Below are positions 14,176-27,735 of a stretch of 64,000 nt of DNA, in pieces (position 1 is the stretch's first letter; each line of letters starts with the position of its first letter). The notes beneath the pieces are model-generated. The model did no database searches. It was not told the DNA's origin and was given only the letters and a program-made list of their open reading frames with translations. The stretch comes from Eledone cirrhosa (taxonomy: Eukaryota). The DNA is taken from positions 29,574,001-29,638,000 of the forward strand of contig OZ024750.1 in NCBI GenBank assembly GCA_964016885.1, in the 5' to 3' direction. A program made the position numbers and the translations under genes.

Positions 14176-14501
14176 CAGTGGAACCTTGGTTCAAGAACTT
14201 AATTCATTCCTGAAGGCCGTTCATCACCTGAAATCTTTGAAAACCAAAACTGTTTTTCCCATATGAAATATTGAGAGAGAAATACAGTGAGAGAGAAAGA
14301 CTGTGTGAATGACAGATAGTTATCAACATAGTAACTAACTACACAGCAAGTGACGCTTTCCAGCCAATACTCCAAGCTTGTTGCCAACCATTATTGCTGA
14401 CTTGCATGTTCGTTACTTGAGACACCGTTCATGAACCGAGATGTTTTATGTTTGGAAAATGTGTTCATGATGAGAGATGTTAGTATACTGAGTTTCCACT
14501 G
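14176..14501. mobile_element. pogo/Tigger-like MITE
   Basis: TA TSD, TIR CAGTGGAA...TTCCACTG. Homologous to 52314-52624. Confidence 0.75.
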
Positions 14502-14588
14502 TATTAGAATTAAAATACATTTTTTTCTAAAATGGTCTTCAACAATTACATTTATAAGTTATTTAAGTTGTATATTTATATATTTCAG

Positions 14589-14808
14589 GTAAAATGTACT
14601 GAAGTTTTAGAAGCTTTTATAGAAAGATCCAAGTTAGTGAATGTGACAATAAATTCAATCTGCTCTGATTGCTATGAAGTGGCCCGCCAACAAGCACTTG
14701 AGGTAAACAAAATATTAGAGCAAGACGATATTCCAGATGAATATTCAGAAAAAAATGCCCCCTTTCTTGGGGTGCCTCTTTCTGTTAAGGAGGCTTTTGC
14801 TTTAACAG
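14589..14808 (+). CDS. FAAH2: FAAH2-like exon 2 (catalytic Lys)
   Basis: tttcAG acceptor. VKCTEVLEAFIER...PFLGVPLSVKEAFALT(G) carries the amidase GVPxxxK motif. GTAAAT donor, phase 1. Confidence 0.93.
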
Positions 14809-14879
14809 GTAAATACTAATTTTTAAAATATAATGTTATAATGAAATATGTATGTATATGCGTATATATGTATATTATA

Positions 14880-15769
14880 CAAGGTCTGATGGAAAAGTAT
14901 CCAACTTTATTTGTTTCCATGGAAAGTAATGGCGTTAGGGAGACAAAAGTGTGCAGAGTGGAGTCATATATACTCATGCACACGCATGGCTTTTGGCAAG
15001 CTTGCTGGATATGTCAGTCGCTGTCAGGCAGCTTATGTGATATTCTGTACTGCTTACTTATTGCATTTTCATTTTGCCCAATACTGTCAACAAGGAACTT
15101 GAGTTTCTAAATATCGTGATAACTGTAGATGTGACATTGGTGTAAGGGTTTGACCTGGAAACCAAACCTCAGTCATTACAGTGGGAGCATCAAACATTGT
15201 GAAGGCTCAAAAAAGTATGTAAGGTACAAACCACAATCAAGGTAATGCTGATTGTTTCCTACAATTGCTGAGGTATTATGCATCAGGAATAGGTACCAGA
15301 AGAACAAAGTGTTATGAAGGAATACTACCAGAAAGTTCTCTGATGTCTTCATGATGCAGTTCAGTGCAAGAGACCAGATCTGTCTGTGGACCTCACAAAA
15401 CTGACAGCTGCATTATGACAATGCTCTTGTTCATTCAATGTAGCTGATCCAAAGACATTTCACTCATTCACCAGGTTCCCAACTCTTCAGACATAACTCC
15501 TTTTAACTTTTGGTTATTCCCAAAACTGAAGGTGACACTAATGGCTGGTGGTTTAAGAGCCAGGAAGACTTCATGTGGACTGTTACAATGGAGCTGAGAG
15601 CTAATCCAGAAGAAGCTTTCTAGATATTCTTTGAACAATAGAAGCATCACTGAATTAATGTGTGGAGGTACACGTGTTCTACTTCAAAGAGGATTAGCAA
15701 TTGAACCCCACCAAATATGTAATTTTTTTCCCCAGCCTAAAGTTAAATGCTTTTTTTTTACAGACCTTG
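14880..15769 (+). mobile_element. Degenerate mariner transposon
   Basis: TA-flanked TIRs CAAGGTCTG...CAGACCTTG. Internal remnants DLETKPQSLQWEH, LHYDNALVH, SDITPFNFWLFPKLK match mariner transposase motifs. Confidence 0.8.
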
Positions 15770-15894
15770 TATATATATGTATCGACAGTCGATCGACTTT
15801 CGTCAAATTGGACTGAGGAAACAATGTTTCCATTGATCTTTCCAATTGCTAATACTATCTGTCAGTCACAAATCCAGGTAGAAAGAGCAATGTC

Positions 15895-16006
15895 AAATAT
15901 AGTGTCTTGCTCAAGGACATAACACATCACCCGGTCTCCGGAAATCGAACTCACAAGCTCACGGTTGCGAAATCATTTATCTACCCACTCAGTCACGCGC
16001 CTTCAC
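15895..16006 (-). mobile_element. CORE-type tRNA SINE (second family)
   Basis: Reverse complement shows a tRNA head (GACTGAGTGG...GAGTTCGATTTCC) then TGTCCTTGAGCAAGACAC, a CORE-like segment. Other copies at ~1985-2103 (-), 6660-6763 (-), 39435-39545 (+), 49975-50092 (-) and 59900-60010 (+). Confidence 0.7.
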
Positions 16007-16849
16007 ATAATATATATGTATGTGTGTGTGTGTATATGATGCGCATATTATATAGCATGCGTATGTGTGTATATATATGATATATGTATTATAGAGTATA
16101 TGTGTGAGCATGATGTGTATATTATAAAACGTGGTGTGTATATGATATGCATATTATTGTCTTCTCATTATTTTGATGCTCTATTAACTAAATAAGAAAT
16201 GTATCATTATAAATATGTTGTGGTTGTTGTTGTTGTTATTGTTGTTTAGTCCTGGTTCACACTGCCTGAACAAGTCTATGACCCCAAAATAGCCAGTAAT
16301 ATATTTATGACCAACCCATGCAAGCATAGAAAAGTGGACTTAAAAACAATGATGATAATGATGATGATTTAATATGTTGTAGTTTGCTTGAAGCATTGTA
16401 TGTAATATATTATATAATGCAGAAAGTTGTATAAGGCTAAACAATGCAAAATGGATGATATCATCCATTTTGCATTGTTTCACCTTATCTAACTTTCCAC
16501 ATTATATAAATGGTCTTAGACCCCCTCATATGTCATAGTGTCCACCAAGGTCATTGGTAGTTAAGGCCATAGAATGTATCACCAATTTATTTCAATTAAA
16601 CTAAATGTGATAAAGACTGTACAATAGGGCAACAAAAAGAAAAGAAAAATGAGTATAAAAAAAAAGAATTAAGCAACAAAAGAAAAAGGGAGAGGAAGAA
16701 CGACATATTCTACACCCCAATCTGAGCCGTGTTTCAACTGCACCTCATACCCCTCAGACAAAAGGAGATAGGCATTGCCTTGGAGAATGGCCAGTGACAC
16801 CCACTGCAACAGCCACTCCACCTCACGGGGCTTCTTTCTCAGGTGGGGG

Positions 16850-17635
16850 CTATTGTCTCTCAGATTTTATAGAGGAAACCATCTCAACAGTGACCAGGTG
16901 GGCTACTGTCTTTCAGATTTTATGGAGGAAACCATCAGTTTGGTGACCCAGCACACCTGAGGTGTTGACTGTACCAGATGGGCTGCTTGCTGTCTTTAAG
17001 ATTTTATGGAAGAAACCATCAGTTTGGTGGCTGAGCACACCTGAGGTGTTGACTGTACCAGGTGGACTGCTTGCTGTCTTTCAGATTTTATGGAAGAAAC
17101 CATCAGTTTGGTGACCCAGCACACCTGAGGTGTTGACTGTACCAGGTGGACTGCTTGCTGTCTTTCAGATTTTATGGAAGAAACCATCAGTTTGGTGACC
17201 CAGCACACCTGAGGTGTTGACTGTACCAGGTGGACTGCTTGCTGTCTTTCAGATTTTATGGAAGAAACCATCAGTTTGGTGGCTGAGCACACCTGAGGTG
17301 TTGACTGTACCAGGTGGGCTGCTGTCTTTCAGATTTTATGGAAGAAACCATCAGTTTGGTGGCTGAGCACACCTGAGGTGTTGACTGTACCAGGTGGGCT
17401 GCTGTCTTTCAGATTTTATGGAAGAAACCATCAGTTTGGTGGCTGAGCACACCTGAGGTGTTGACTGTACCAGGTGGGCTGCTGTCTTTCAGATTTTATG
17501 GAAGAAACCATCAGTTTGGTGGCTGAGCACACCTGAGGTGTTGACTGTACCAGGTGGGCTGCTGTCTTTCAGATTTTATGGAGGAAACCATCAGTTTGGT
17601 GACCCAGTAGTACACCTGAGGTGTTAACTGTGACC
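16850..17635. repeat. 84/80-bp minisatellite
   Basis: Unit contains the palindrome ACACCTGAGGTGT. Period shifts from 84 to 80 bp along the array. Confidence 0.92.
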
Positions 17636-18429
17636 ATCATAAAAAGGGGGACCAAGGACACCTAAGGTGTCGACAGCAACCAGTATGAAAAGGAAATGGC
17701 TCACAATATTATTTATAACTCTCCTCCCTTTAGTCTCCAGAAGTTGTCCTAGAATTTAACCCTACAAGTACAGCATATGGCTCACATTTTAAATACACCA
17801 AGAAATTAATTGAATAATACTTGGCTGCCGTATTGTAGGAGTTAAACAATTGTATAAAATACCCCTTACTTCTTACTGACACACATGTCTGCAAGTGTGC
17901 GTGTGTACAAGTATGAATGTGTGTGTGTGTGTGTAAGTTTGTGTACAAATGTGTGTGTTTGTAGGAGTGTGTGTAAGTGAATGTACAAGTGTGTGTGTGT
18001 TTTTGTGCAAGTATATGTGTGTGTTTGTGTGCAAGTGTATATGTGTGTGCAAGTGTGTGTGTTTGTCTGTAAGAGTGTGTGTAAGTGCATGTGCAAGTGT
18101 GTGTTTGTCTGTAGGTATGTATCTATGGTCAACAATTTTGCTGAAGCCTACATGTCTCAAATTTGATTTATTTTCTTCTTTTTTCTGTCATGTGTATGTG
18201 ACAGTCCATTTTATTACAAGTATTCAGGCCAGGTCTCCAGTTTTCGGAACACTTTCTTCTGTCTTCCCAGTTATGGAGGCTCTAAAAAGGGTCAATAACA
18301 CTGCCTTCTACCCTCTAACAAAAATATGTAACCCATAAATAAATCATATGTATTTAACACTGATTACTTAAATATTTAATGTACAGTTTGAAATGTAGCC
18401 TAAATTTCACATCTGGCTTGAATTTACTA

Positions 18430-19088
18430 CCAGCTTTACACAGCCCTGTGTTATGTGAAAGATCTGAGTTTATTACTAACTTTACACAGCCCTGTGTTAT
18501 GTGAAAGATCTGAGTATTGTAAGCTTTACACAGCCCTGTGTTATGTGAAAGATCTGAATTTATTACTAACTTTACACAGCCCTGTGTTATGTGAAAGATC
18601 TGAGTATTGTAAGCTTTACACAGCCCTGTGTTATGTAAAAGATCTGAGTTTATTACTAACTTTACACATCCCTGTGTTATGTGAAAGACCTGAGTATTGT
18701 AAGCTTTACACAGCTCTGTGTTATGTGAAATACCTGAGTATTGTAAGCTTTACACAGCCCTGTGTTATGTGAAAGACCTGAGTATTGTAAGCTTTACACA
18801 GCCCTGTGTTATGTGAAAGATCTGAGTATTGTAAGCTTTACACAGCCCTGTGTTATGTGAAAGATCTGAGTATTGTAAGCTTTACACAGCCCTGTGTTAT
18901 GTGAAAGACCTGAGTATTGTAAGCTTTACATAGCCCTGTGTTATGTGAAAGACCTGAGTATTGTAAGCTTTACACAGCCCTGTGTTATGTGAAAAATCTG
19001 AGTATTGTAAGCTTTACACAGCCCTGTGTTATGTGAAAGATCTAAGCCTATTACCAACTTTACACAGCCCTGTGTGTTATGTGAAAGA
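18430..19088. repeat. 44/46-bp minisatellite (5' part is a 90-bp dimer)
   Basis: agctttacacagccctgtgttatgtgaaagatctgagtattgta, with internal hairpin ACACAG-cc-CTGTGT. Confidence 0.92.
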
Positions 19089-20003
19089 AAGACCATATTT
19101 TGTATTAATATTATTGAAGATGTGTTGAAGACAAATGAAATGAGAGCAATTAGTTTTGTCTTTGAGGAAGCAGCTGTTTCTTATTAAAGTAAATATACTG
19201 GGAGATATTGAATTACAGAGATGTAGTTTAGAGTTCAGAAAGTAAGTCCACTTTCATCACAGCTACTGAACACTTTAATTCATCAAAGATCATAATATGC
19301 CATATGTGTTTGTGTCTTTATATGAAGCGACGTTGTAGGTTGTTAATGAAAGAGGATGATAAACACAACAAATACCAATAATTCTGGTTGGATATATAAC
19401 TTTACTTCACTTCAGCAAAAAGAAAAAAAAATATGATTACTTTGAATCCTAAATATAAAGTTTGATTGTCTATAAGGCTTCTGTGTTGTGTTAGTCTCCT
19501 TGTTTAATATGTGATGTCTGATTAAAAAGTGACAAGCAGTGAGACAGTATGTACCAGCAGAGGTAGTAGTAAGCTCACAGTGGCAAGGAGGCTATGTTGT
19601 CTATATGAAGAGGCAGATGTCTGGGGTTGAAGTGCCAATGGAGGAATTGCTGTCGGGCTCTTGTGAGGATCAGAGATTTTTTTGCTAAGTGCTACATCAC
19701 GCTACTTGCTTGAGCAACTCGAAGTGATCCTTCTCTTCCGAGGAACCCGAGTAGAATGATCCAAAGAAAAACTTATAAACTTATCTCATTTAACCTCAAG
19801 TTGGCCAGCCTCTCCAGACCACTGACACCAACCTGAGATAATGAGAAGTAGCAGCCAGATGTCACTCAGCGAATAAATTCCGCTTCAACATATATATATA
19901 TACAAAGAGAGAGAGATAAAGAAAAGCGGGTCTGTGGTGAGACCACTAATCATTGGAGTACTCAATGCATGGGGAGATGTAGAATAGTATAGATAGGTGA
20001 AAC

Positions 20004-20109
<106 letters not shown>

Positions 20110-20724
20110 CTATATATATATATATATCTATATATATCTATATATCTATATATCTATATATATATATATATCTATATATATATATATATCTATATATATA
20201 TATATATCTATATATATATATATATCTATATATATATATATATCTATATATATATATATATCTATATATATATATATATCTCTATATATATATATATCTC
20301 TATATATATATATATCTCTATATATCTATATCTATATATCTATATATATATATCTATATATATATATCTATATATATATATCTATATATATATATCTATA
20401 TATATATATCTATATATATATATCTATATATCTATATATATATATCTATATATCTATATATATATATCTATATATATATATCTATATATCTATATATATA
20501 TATCTATATATATCTATATATATATATCTATATATATATATCTATATATATATATCTATATATATATATCTATATATCTATATATATATATATCTATATA
20601 TATATATATATATATATCTATATATATATATATATATATAGATATATATATATATAGATATATATATATATAGATATATATAGATATATATATATATATC
20701 TATATATATATATATCTATATATA

Positions 20725-20765
<41 letters not shown>

Positions 20766-20856
20766 ATATATATATATATATATATATCTATATATATATC
20801 TATATATATATCTATATATATATATATATATATCTATATATATATATATATATATA

Positions 20857-20891
<35 letters not shown>

Positions 20892-21920
20892 ATATATATA
20901 TATATCTATATATATATATCTATATATATATATATCTATATATCTATATCTATATATATATATATCTATATATATATATATCTATATATATATATCTATA
21001 TATATATATATCTATATATATATATATCTATATATATATATCTATATATATATATCTATATATATATATATCTATATATATATATATATCTATATATATA
21101 TATATCTATATATATATATATATATATATATCTATATTTATATATATCTATATCTATATCTCTATATATCTATATATATATATATATATATCTATATATA
21201 TCTATATATATCTATATATATCTATATATATATCTATATATATCTATATATATATCTATATATATCTATATATATATCTATATATATCTATATATATATC
21301 TATATATATATCTATATATATATATATATCTATATATATATATATCTATATATATATATATATCTATATATATATATCTATATATATATATCTATATATA
21401 TATATCTATATATATATATATATCTCTATATATATATCTATATATATCTATATATATCTATATATATCTATATATATATATATCTATATATATATATCTA
21501 TATATATATATCTATATATATATATATATATATATCTATATATATATATATATATCTATATATATATATCTATATATATATCTATATATATATATCTATA
21601 TATATATATCTATATATATATATCTATATATATATATCTATATATATATATCTATATATATATATATCTATATATATATATCTATATATATATATATCTA
21701 TATATATATATATCTATATATATATATATCTATATATCTATATATATATCTATATATATATCTATATATATATCTATCTATATATCTATATATATCTATC
21801 TATATATCTATATATATATCTATATATATATCTATATATATATCTATATATATATATCTATATATATATATCTATATATATATATCTATATATATATCTA
21901 TCTATATATATATATATCTA

Positions 21921-22469
21921 TTAGACGGTAGTCACGGAATAGGCAGACCTAGAAAAACCTGGGACGAGCTGATAAACTCCGACATCACACACTTACACCT
22001 CTCCAAGAGAATGTCACTGGACCGAGACCTTTGGCGGTACTCAGTAACAGAGAAGACCCGCCTTACCTAAATATATAGTAAAACCTACTCCAGCCAGTAG
22101 GCATCTCTAACAAAATACACCCCGTCCCACCACCCCGCCCCCACCCCATCCACACCACCCCGTTCTATGTAAAGTTATGTTGTGCCGCGCCATCGAGGCC
22201 GAAACAAATGAGATCGTGTAGGTGTCACGACAAAAAAACACACAGTCCACGCTGTAATGTGGCCGTGTAGGCAACACGGTAAAAACCTCCCAGACCCACA
22301 CTGTAAATGTGGTTGGTGTTAGGAAGGGCATCCAACTGTAGAAAACCTGCCAGACAGTCCTATGCGAGCAAGACAATCACTCTTGCCTCAAGTGGGACTA
22401 CCCCCGTCCAAACCCATGCAAGCGTGGAACACGGACGTTAAACGTTGATGATGATGATGATGATGATGA
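21921..22469 (+). mobile_element. RTE LINE 3' fragment (second family) with 3'UTR and (GAT)n tail
   Basis: 21921-22070 translates [22 protein letters not shown]...[16 protein letters not shown]-stop. Then ~375 nt of UTR ending ccatgcaagcgtgg...ggacgttaaacg and (tga)n. Confidence 0.85.
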
Positions 22470-22814
22470 TATATATATATATATCTAGATATATATATAT
22501 ATATATATCTATATATATATATATATATATCTCTATATATATATATATATATATATCTATATATATATATATATATATATCTATATCTATATATATATAT
22601 CTATATATATATCTATATATATATATATATATATCTATATATATATATATATATATCTATATATATATATATCTATATATATATATATATATATATCTAT
22701 ATATATATATATCTATATATATATATATCTATATATATATATATCTATATATATATATATCTATATATATATATATATATCTATATATATATCTATATAT
22801 ATAGATATATATAT

Positions 22815-22849
<35 letters not shown>

Positions 22850-23327
22850 TATATATATATATAGATCTATATATATATATATATATATATCTATATATAT
22901 ATCTATATATATATATATATATCTATATATATATCTATATATATATCTATATATATCTATATATATCTATATATATATCTATATATATATATCTATATAT
23001 ATCTATATATATATATCTATATATATATATCTATATATATCTCTATATATATATCTATATATATCTATCTATATATATCTATATATATATATCTATATAT
23101 ATCTATATATATATATCTATATATATATCTATATATATCTATATATATATATCTATATATATCTATATATATATATCTATATATATCTATATATATATCT
23201 ATATATATATATCTATATATATATATATATATATCTATATATATATCTATATATATATATATATCTATATATATCTATATATATATCTATATATATATAT
23301 CTATATATCTATATCTATATATATATA

Positions 23328-23360
<33 letters not shown>

Positions 23361-23500
23361 ATATATATATATCTATATATATATATCTATATATATATAT
23401 ATATATATCTATATATATATATATATCTATATATATATATCTATATATATATATCTATATCTATATATATATATCTATATATATATATATATATATATAT

Positions 23501-23753
23501 CTTCAACATCACACCAGGACACGTCAAAACAGAAACTGACCACACAAAATTCAAGAAGTCTTTGGACAAATTCCTCCAAGTAATCCCGGACAAACCACCC
23601 ACACCCGGATATGTCTCCGCAAACAGTAATTCTCTTCTCGAATGGGCCATGGTGCCCAAATCCTGAATTGAAAGACTTCGCCAGGTGGTGCTATTAAGTT
23701 AGACATGGCCTGGGCCAATACTGGCCAAAACATTTCAAAGTTATTCAAAGTTA
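23501..23753 (+). mobile_element. CR1/L2-group LINE 3' fragment
   Basis: Translates [48 protein letters not shown]...stop, a typical CR1-group ORF2 C-terminus (FN..P...FK..LD.FL). Confidence 0.7.
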
Positions 23754-23976
23754 TATCTATATATATATATATATATATCTATATATATATATATATATCT
23801 ATATATATATATCTATATATATCTATATATATATATATCTATATATATATATATATCTATATATCTATATATATATATATCTATATATCTATATATATAT
23901 ATCTATATATCTATATATATATATCTATATATATATATATATCTATATCTATATCTATATATCTATATATATCTAT

Positions 23977-26807
23977 AGTAATCGAATAATTAAGCTTAGA
24001 TTAGTTGAAGGTAGGAGACTACTGACAATCATCTCGGTCTATGCTCCCCAAGCAGGCCTAGGCAAAGATGAGAAAGACTGCTTTTATGAGCAACTCTTGC
24101 AAACAACCACAATGACAGAGGACGGAGACATCGTTATGCTAGCAGGAGACTTCAATGGTCATGTTGGACAGCTCCAGGATGGTTACACTGGGGTACATGG
24201 TGGGCACGGTTACGGTTCAAGAAATGAAGAAGGAGTGAGACTTCTTGAATTTTGTGATGCAAGTACATTGACTATTTGCAACACAAACTTCCAGAAACCT
24301 GCCAATCACCTAATAACCTACAAATCTGGTGAGCACATAAGCCAGATTGACTTCCTGCTAGTTAGGCAGCGGGACAGGCAGATAGTGTCTAATACCAAGG
24401 CATACCCTGGGGAAGAATGTACCCCACAGCATAGGTTAGTTGTTAGTGATATCTCAGTAAGCAAGAGATGGAATGAGACATATAGGAAGGTGTGGAGAAG
24501 AAAGGTCTGGAAGCTAAAAGACCTTTCACTAAAATTCAAATTTAGGAAAGCCCTTCAAGATGTATATGACGAAAAAGAAGACGATTTAGAGACGTATGAC
24601 ATAGATAATAACTGGAAGTTCTTACGTGACAACTTGCTGCAGGCTACTGATGAAACCTGTGGCTGGAGCAGAGCTCCAACCAGACAGAGAGTGACCTGGT
24701 GGTGGAACAGCACAGTAGATAAGGCTATTAGAGACAAAAGACTAGCATGGAAGGCTTGGAAAAAGGGTGGGAGTAGGGAAGAATATACAGCCACTAAGAG
24801 AGAAGCTAGACGTCAGGTGTACTTAGCATGCAGGGAGGCAGAGAGTAGGAAGTTTGCCAATGTTCTGCGACGGGAAGATCAGAGGCGTGCGGTGTTCCAC
24901 ATTGCAAGGCAGTGTGTCAATGCAAATCAGGATGTTGTTGGTGATAAATGTGTCCGGGATGATGCCGGTGTACTTAGTGTCACGAATGACCAGAAAAAGG
25001 AGGCCTGGAAATGTCATTATGAGAGACTGATGAATGTGGAGAACGAATGGGAGAGAGAGAAATTACCCTTGGTAGATCCGACAGAGGGACCAGCTATTGA
25101 GATTGACGAATATAGGGTCCAAGAGGCGATTAGGGAAATGAAAAATGGTAAGGTGGCCGGACCATCGGGAATAGTTGCTGAGATGCTGAAGGCATCAGGG
25201 GACGTAGGCACTAAACTGGTTGCACGCATCATCAATCAGGCTATATATGGTGGTGTCATACCCAAAGACTGGTGCAGCAGTATTCTCATAAATTGCTACA
25301 AAGGTAAAGGGGATGCTTTGGAGAGGAGCAATTATAGGGGTATAAAGCTGATAGATCAGGTTATGAAAGTGGCAGAAAGGATTTTAGCACAACTAATTAG
25401 AGAAAGGGTCAAACTAGATGAGATGCAGTTTGGTTTTGTGCCTGGGAAGAGTACAACAGATGCCCTCTTCTTGGTGAGACAAATGCAAGAGAGGTTCTTA
25501 GAGAAGAATAAGCCACTATACTTAGCCTTTGTTGACCTAGAGAAGGCCTTTGATAGGGTACCCCGATCTGTCATCTGGTGGTCCCTAAGGAAGCTGGGTG
25601 TTGAGGAATGGCTTGTGAGGACAGTGCAAACTTTGTACAGAGGTACTCTCAGTAAAGTCAGGGTAGGAATGGAGTTTAGTGAGGAATTCCAGATACAAGT
25701 AGGAGTACATCAGGGTTCGGTCCTCAGCCCGCTCGTGTTCATTATAGTCCTCCAAGCCATAACAGAGGAGTTTAAGACTGGCTGTCCATGGGAACTTCTC
25801 TATGCTGACGATCTGGCTCTTATGGCAGAATTAGTAGAGGAGCTAGAGAATAAATTCCGGCTATGGAAACAGCAGTTGGAAGCAAGAGGACTGAGAGTAA
25901 ATCTAGCTAAGACAAAAGTGTTGATGAGTAGAAAAGAGGACAAAACCCTGATTCCGTCAGGGAAATGGCCATGTTCGATATGCAGAAAAGGAACTGGCAT
26001 AAATTCTATAAAATGCACACAATGCAGGTCCTGGGTACACAAGAGATGTAGCGGGATAGCAGGCAAACTAACAGGTAGGGAGAAATATGTATGCAGTAGA
26101 TGTACAGGGAAATTAGACAGTAGAAGTCGCACTGATAGACACATTTTTCAAATGCGAGAGGGCGCTATAGAAGTGGTGGATAGCTTCCGGTACCTAGGAG
26201 ATCAGATTAGCATGGGAGGAGGGTGTTCCGAGGCCATAGTATCTAGAATAAGGACGGGTTGGAAGAAGTTTAGGGAGCTGCTTCCTCTGTTGACGAAGAA
26301 GGGTTTCTCCCTGCGTACGAAAGGCCGGTTGTATGATGCCTGTGTGAGGAGCGCGATGCTGCATGGTAGTGAGACATGGGCAGCAACCGCAGAGGATATG
26401 CGACGGCTGGAGAGAAATGAGGCAAGCATGCTCCGTTGGATGTGCAGTGTAAATGTGCGTGAACTACCCAGCATAAATGTATTGAGAGAGAAACTGTGTC
26501 TGAGAGGGATAGAATGTAGTGTACGGGAGAGGAGACTGAGGTGGTATGGACATGTGATGCGCATGGAGGATGACCGATGGGTGAAGAAGTGCCAGGAAAT
26601 GCCAGTTGAGGGAAGACGTGGTAGAGGTAGACCACGAAAAACATGGGCGGAGGTGGTGAGATCAGACCTCAGATCATTGAAGCTCACGGTGGAGATGACG
26701 AGGGACCGTGACGAGTGGAGAGATGCTGTGCTGAATAAGACCCGTCCCACCCTTGCAAGCAGGGAAAAACGGACGTAAAATGATGATGATGATGATGATG
26801 ATGATGA
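23977..26807 (+). mobile_element. RTE-clade LINE, 5'-truncated, uninterrupted ORF (partial APE endonuclease + RT + Cys-rich finger), (GAT)n tail
   Basis: Frame is open from 23977 (SNRIIKLRL...ISVYAPQ) to the stop at 26778. Motifs: [72 protein letters not shown]. The (GAT)n tail follows the stop directly. Confidence 0.96.
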
Positions 26808-26893
26808 TATATATATCTATATATATATCTATATATATATCTATATATCTATATATCTATATATATATCTATATATATATCTATATATATATA

Positions 26894-26959
<66 letters not shown>

Positions 26960-27192
26960 CACACACACACATCAAATTAGCGAGAATCGCATTTTGGGTG
27001 TTGGAAATTAGCGAAAAACAACTTCCGAAATGTGTGGCAAGCGCTCAATAGAAACGAGTGAACTAGGTCAATAACAATACGTTAAAAGGCCAAACATACT
27101 GAGACGATGGTTAAACCATTAACCGCAAAGCCATAGAAGCGAGCAAGCTGTTCGGGTCAAACAAATAATAAAATATGATTGAAAAAAAAAAA

Positions 27193-27255
<63 letters not shown>

Positions 27256-27594
27256 CTGGCTATATTAAATTTACACCCACAAACATACACACAATTTTTT
27301 CTTATCTCAGTCATGTTGCTACAATAAGAAGTTCCTTTTCTAGCCACAAGGTCCTACATTTGTCCCTGTAAATAGTTATTTATATGCTGAACTTTTATCT
27401 AATTTCATCCTAGAAAAATCATTCTTATCTTTAATCACTCCAAAGTATCATTAATCAACATAAGCTATAGGGTTTCTCGTATGCAAACCGTTAATTTATC
27501 AAAACATAAATTTCTCAGGTTCTATGATTGTTCATATATCCATTATTCTCAGTATATAGGGTAGAACAATGCTAGACTACAAAAATTCAATAAT

Positions 27595-27735
27595 TTTAAT
27601 GTCATTACTGATGACACTAATGGTTTAGCTGTTGTCATTGATAAGATTAATGGTATAGCTGTCATTATTGATGACACTAACGGTATAGCTGTAATTATTG
27701 ATGACACTAATGGTATTGCTGTCATTATTGATAAC
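27595..27735. repeat. 30-bp minisatellite
   Basis: gtcattattgatgacactaatggtatagct, about 4.5 copies. Confidence 0.85.

Noticed and set aside
24318-26750. Minus-strand ORFs overlapping the LINE
   Set aside because: Antisense shadows of the RT ORF with no independent motifs.
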